Shown in pieces: positions 46,944-50,788 of a stretch of 50,788 nt of DNA. How positions within the stretch are numbered: position 1 is the first letter of the stretch; each line of letters starts with the position of its first letter. Both the position numbers and the translations under genes were made by a program. The notes under the pieces were generated by a model, which worked only from the letters and a program-made list of their open reading frames with translations, made no database searches and was not told where the DNA came from. The stretch comes from Octopus bimaculoides. Taxonomy: Eukaryota. Location of the stretch: assembly GCF_001194135.2 (NCBI RefSeq), contig NC_069000.1:9955056-10005843 (forward strand), in the 5' to 3' direction.

Positions 46944-47995
46944 TTAACTAAACGGAGTTAAAGGGAGATGAACATGCTTACAATATTGTCTCCTCTCAGC
47001 ACTTGATGGTCTTCGTATTCGCCGGCTCTCGAGTTGCTGCTGTAACTGTTGATGCTGCTGCTGTAACTGTTGGTGCTGCAGCTGTTGATGTTGCAGTTGT
47101 TGTTGAATGTGGTGTTGCTGTTGGAGGTGCTGCTGTTGTAATTGCAGTTGAATCTGTTGCTGTTGTTGGTGCGGTGATAGCTGAGAGTGTGTCAGCTGCT
47201 GTTGTAATGTGACAGGACTGACGCTGCCAGTGGGGGGGAAAGCCCCACTTGGTATCGATCCTCGAGGCAAGCCTGTGGCCTGGGGTGCAAACAGTTCGGG
47301 GTTCATTACATGAGCCCCTTGATTTCGCTGTACTGCTGCAGCTGTAACAACAGCCGGGCTGCCGATTAACGAATCGACGGGCTCCTGTTTAATTTGTACA
47401 GCGGCAGGGTGTGGCTGCGGCGCAACAAACAACGGGGGCGATGATTTGGTCATGAGGGCCAGGTTCTTCAGTGGGTTGCTGCCGCTTTTGCGAAACGGTG
47501 ATGTCCTTTGGTGTGCAGCTTGCGCTTGAGCAGCCTGTGCCTGAGCAGCTTGGAGGTTGTCTATTTCTCTGAAGAACTCTCCTCTATTGGCAGCATGCTG
47601 CTGTGCACCTGTTATTTGTGCATACATGTTCAAACTTCCCATCGTGTTGGTACCAGGATAACGGCAGTCACTACGGTTGCCATGGAGAGCCACTGACTGC
47701 AACTGAGCTTGGGACGGTGGGCCTGGCTGGGGTGGACCTCCTGGCTGCATGCAGCTAAAAGGGCCGTTACCTGGTGACATACGCTCTAGCTTGATGGGTG
47801 GAGGAGCAACGACGGTGGCTGATGGATATGTTGGGATAGCCTGAGAGGTTGGAAGATATGTAGGAGTGTTCATAGAAGACGTCTGGCTGGAGCTCACTTG
47901 TGCCGTTAACGCAGCGAGGCTGCCGAGGGGGCCAGGGTTACCTTGATTTGTAGAACATGAGAAATCTGTGGGCTCCCTTTTTATTTGAACAGCAC
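46944..47995 (-). CDS. Exon of a polyQ/proline-rich nuclear protein (probable transcriptional regulator)
   Basis: Acceptor ttcag| at 47996, phase 1: GAVQIKREPTD...IKLERMSP...IKQEP...polyQ/H...RRIRRPSSAERRQY. It either ends at TAA 46944 (AATAAA ~15 nt later) or splices at T|GTAAGC 46981. Confidence 0.8.
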
Positions 47996-48329
47996 CTGAA
48001 AATTAAGAGAAATATTTTAATATAAATCACTTAAAAAACACAATATCAACAACTACATATATACAAACATGTAAACAGGATTTATACATGAATTAACAAA
48101 CATGTGGGGAAAAAAATAATATCAAGCAGTTAAACACAGGCACAGAGTCAATTAGTTTATAGTGTTATGTTTCATGTGGCATCATTTGTTTTACATGTTT
48201 TTCCATAGTAGCATGGGTTAGATGAATATATTATCAATGCATGCGCTTCCTGTTTTCCCTTATTTGTTTCTCAAGTAAGGTAGCTCTTACTTTACATGTC
48301 TCCAAAGTAAGCATACAGTTTTGCTGACA

Positions 48330-48445
48330 GAAGTGACACCCTCGGAACTTTCCAGGATGTGCCATAGGGCTCACCACGAAGTGCCACCCTCGGAAATTTC
48401 CAGGATGTGCCCATGAAGTGCCACCCTCGGAACTTTCCAGGAATG
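48330..48445. repeat. Three ~37-bp intronic tandem units, each with GGAA(C/A)TTTCC
   Basis: gaagtgccaccctcggaa(c/a)tttccagga at 48330, 48378 and 48415. Confidence 0.85.
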
Positions 48446-48872
48446 CATATATGTATATATGCATATATACATATATGTGGAAGTGTAATGGCCCAGGGGT
48501 TAGGGCAGAGGACTCGCGGTTGTGGGATCATGGTTTTGATTGCCAGGCCGGGTGTTGTGAGTGTTTATGTATACACACATATATATATGTATGTATGTGT
48601 AAATATATGTATGTGTATATATGAATGTGTGTATATATATATATATATAGGTGCACTTCGAGTTTTTGCCTACCAAATATATATATATAAATATATATAT
48701 GCACGTTTTTGCCTACCAAATGCACTGCCCAAGGTGCAAGGCAAAACTATGTGGCTGAGATGCAAATTTCCTAACTACACAGACATGTTTGGGCCTGGAA
48801 ACATAATAAATGTAATGTTAATGACAAAAGTGGATGTTTCCATGGATAAACAAGGAATGGAACAACACTAAC

Positions 48873-49456
48873 CTGGAAATGGAGGGACTGGGGCTGCAAA
48901 CTGTGGATTCGAATGGGGTCGTTCATGTGCAGGAGGTCGCATTTGCTGTTGTAAAGTGAACAGACTTTGATGTTGGCTGTTGTCTTGTAGCCACGGTACC
49001 TGGTTGTTTGACTGTTCAGCCTGTGACATTGAGAAACTGGGATCTAGGCTGTTACCAACATTTGTTCGAACTGGCTCCGACAAGCCAGGCTCCTTCTTGA
49101 TGACAACAGTGGGCCACGATATCCCGGGCGGTGCGTTGGGATGTAGCTGCATGTGTTGCATCTGTGATTGCTGTTGTAGCTGTTGATGAGGTGGCAGTTG
49201 ATGTGCAACCACTTGCTGCTGTTGCGGCTGCTGGAGATGATGTGGAAACTGCTGGGAAGCATGTGAAGGCGGTGGTAAGGTTGCAGCACCTTGCTGGACC
49301 TGTGGCAGAGAGTTCATGGCAAGCTGTGGAATACCCAGTTGTCGTATGCCAGGAATGTTTCCCACATTCATGGCTTGCGATGTCTGTAATACCGATTGCT
49401 GTTGCTGCTGCTGCTGTTGTTGTTGTTGATGATGATGCTGCTGTTGTTGTTGATGG

Positions 49457-49500
<44 letters not shown>

Positions 49501-49736
49501 CTGCTGCTGCTGTTGGTTGGAAAGTGTTTCAACTAACTGTTGTTGGAACTCTTTACTGTTTGGAGAGAATTTCAAACATGAAGGCAGATTGGTTGATTGC
49601 ATGGATTCAAGTTTGGGAATTTCAGGAACAATTGGTGGCGGCAGATCGGAGAGTTTGGGGGGAATTTTAAACTCTGGCACTTGTAAATCTGCTTCTTTGA
49701 AAAGTTCTCGGACTTGAACACAAGCATCTCCGATAC
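48873..49736 (-). CDS. Upstream exon of the same polyQ protein
   Basis: Acceptor (t)18aaag| at 49737. Reads GIGDACVQVRELFKEADLQVPEFKIPP...polyQ...IKKEP...PPFP. Donor CCAG|GTTAGT at 48872. The 864-nt exon is phase 1 at both ends, compatible with the 47995 exon. Confidence 0.85.
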
Positions 49737-49959
49737 CTTTAAAAAAAAAAAAAAAAAGGGTGAAGAATTAGTTTTATCAACCAACACTAGTCAATGAAAT
49801 AAAAGACCAATATACAGGGTGTCCACAAAGTCTGGGTACATTATAATTTTTATAATTATTACCTTTGAGGTTTTTTATTCCCATGCTGACCACCTGATGA
49901 GATCGGTATTTTAAATAACGATCTTATCCTTATTTATATATACATATATATATATATTC

Positions 49960-50331
49960 ATGGCCCAGTGGTTAGGGCAGCAGACTCACGGTCATAGGAT
50001 CGCGGTTTCGATTCCCAGACCAGGCGTTGTGAGTGTTTATTGAGCGAAAACACCTGAAGCTCCACGAGGCTCCGGCAGGGGATGGTGGTGAACCCTGCTG
50101 TACTCTTTCACCACAACTTTCTCTCACTCTTACTTCCTGTTTCTGTTGTGCCTGTAATTCAAAGGGTCAGCCTTGTCACACTGTGTCACGCTGAATATCC
50201 CCGAGAACTACGTTAAAGGTACACATGTCTGTGGAGTGCTCAGCCACTTGCACATTAATTTCACGAGTAGGCTGTTCCGTTGATCGGATCAACTGGAACC
50301 CTCAACGTCGTAAGCAACCGAGTACCAACAA
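49960..50331 (+). mobile_element. SINE family 1, near full length
   Basis: Near-identical to 3390-3773. Confidence 0.9.
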
Positions 50332-50737
50332 CATATTCATTATAAGTGATGGAAGTCACAGATCTGCAGTATTTATCTTGAGGAAGCATCTCATACAAAT
50401 GCAAAGTACTACTAATAGAAGGCCAGTAGCAGAAGGCCAGTAGCAGCTGCAGATTGTCCAGCAGTAGTGGTGCCACAGAAATCTTGATTTAGCAATTTCA
50501 TCATTGCTGTGGGATGATTTTTATCTGCCACTGATAGTCTTCTGCGCGTTTTCGTACAATACGTCCACAAGAAATGCTTTCTTGAGACGAAAACCATGGT
50601 TGTGCAGCTTTCTACAATATATTTGCATTATGTAAGGTATATACACACACATATGTGTGTGTGTGTATTTATATGTATGTATATAGACAAACGCATGCAT
50701 ATATGTCTGTGTGTGTATATATATATACATATATATG

Positions 50738-50788
<51 letters not shown>

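Overview
AT-rich eukaryotic genomic scaffold with N-gaps and (TA)n microsatellites. The tRNA-derived SINE families look like those of octopus (coleoid cephalopod); the organism assignment is an inference. The left 35 kb hold a tandem array of a gene family I cannot name. It has eight paralogues whose CDS is uninterrupted: two on the minus strand (1347-2639, 6315-6920) and six on the plus strand (8913, 13439, 18977, 23683, 28330, 33843), plus three decayed 3' remnants. Each encodes a disordered acidic N-tail (RRxS-like site, then EEnIEMxxL) followed by four predicted TM helices and a short ..ENL/QNL tail. All eight share an upstream block with an invariant GAATTGAAA, and seven have a GT..AG pair that suggests a tiny 5'UTR intron. 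Three paralogues independently amplified N-tail repeats (54, 15 and 33 bp). Two paralogues are each preceded by a homologous 64-codon ORF with a signal-peptide-like N-terminus whose ATG lies in a decayed SINE; a third, disrupted copy lies upstream of the last paralogue. One paralogue has a premature TAG. The right end holds two minus-strand exons of a polyQ protein rich in SUMO motifs, and there is a possible plus-strand exon at 40.2 kb. The rest is SINEs, LINE fragments (RTE, L1/Tx1, CR1-like), a Tc1 relic, MITEs and a 5S rRNA pseudogene.
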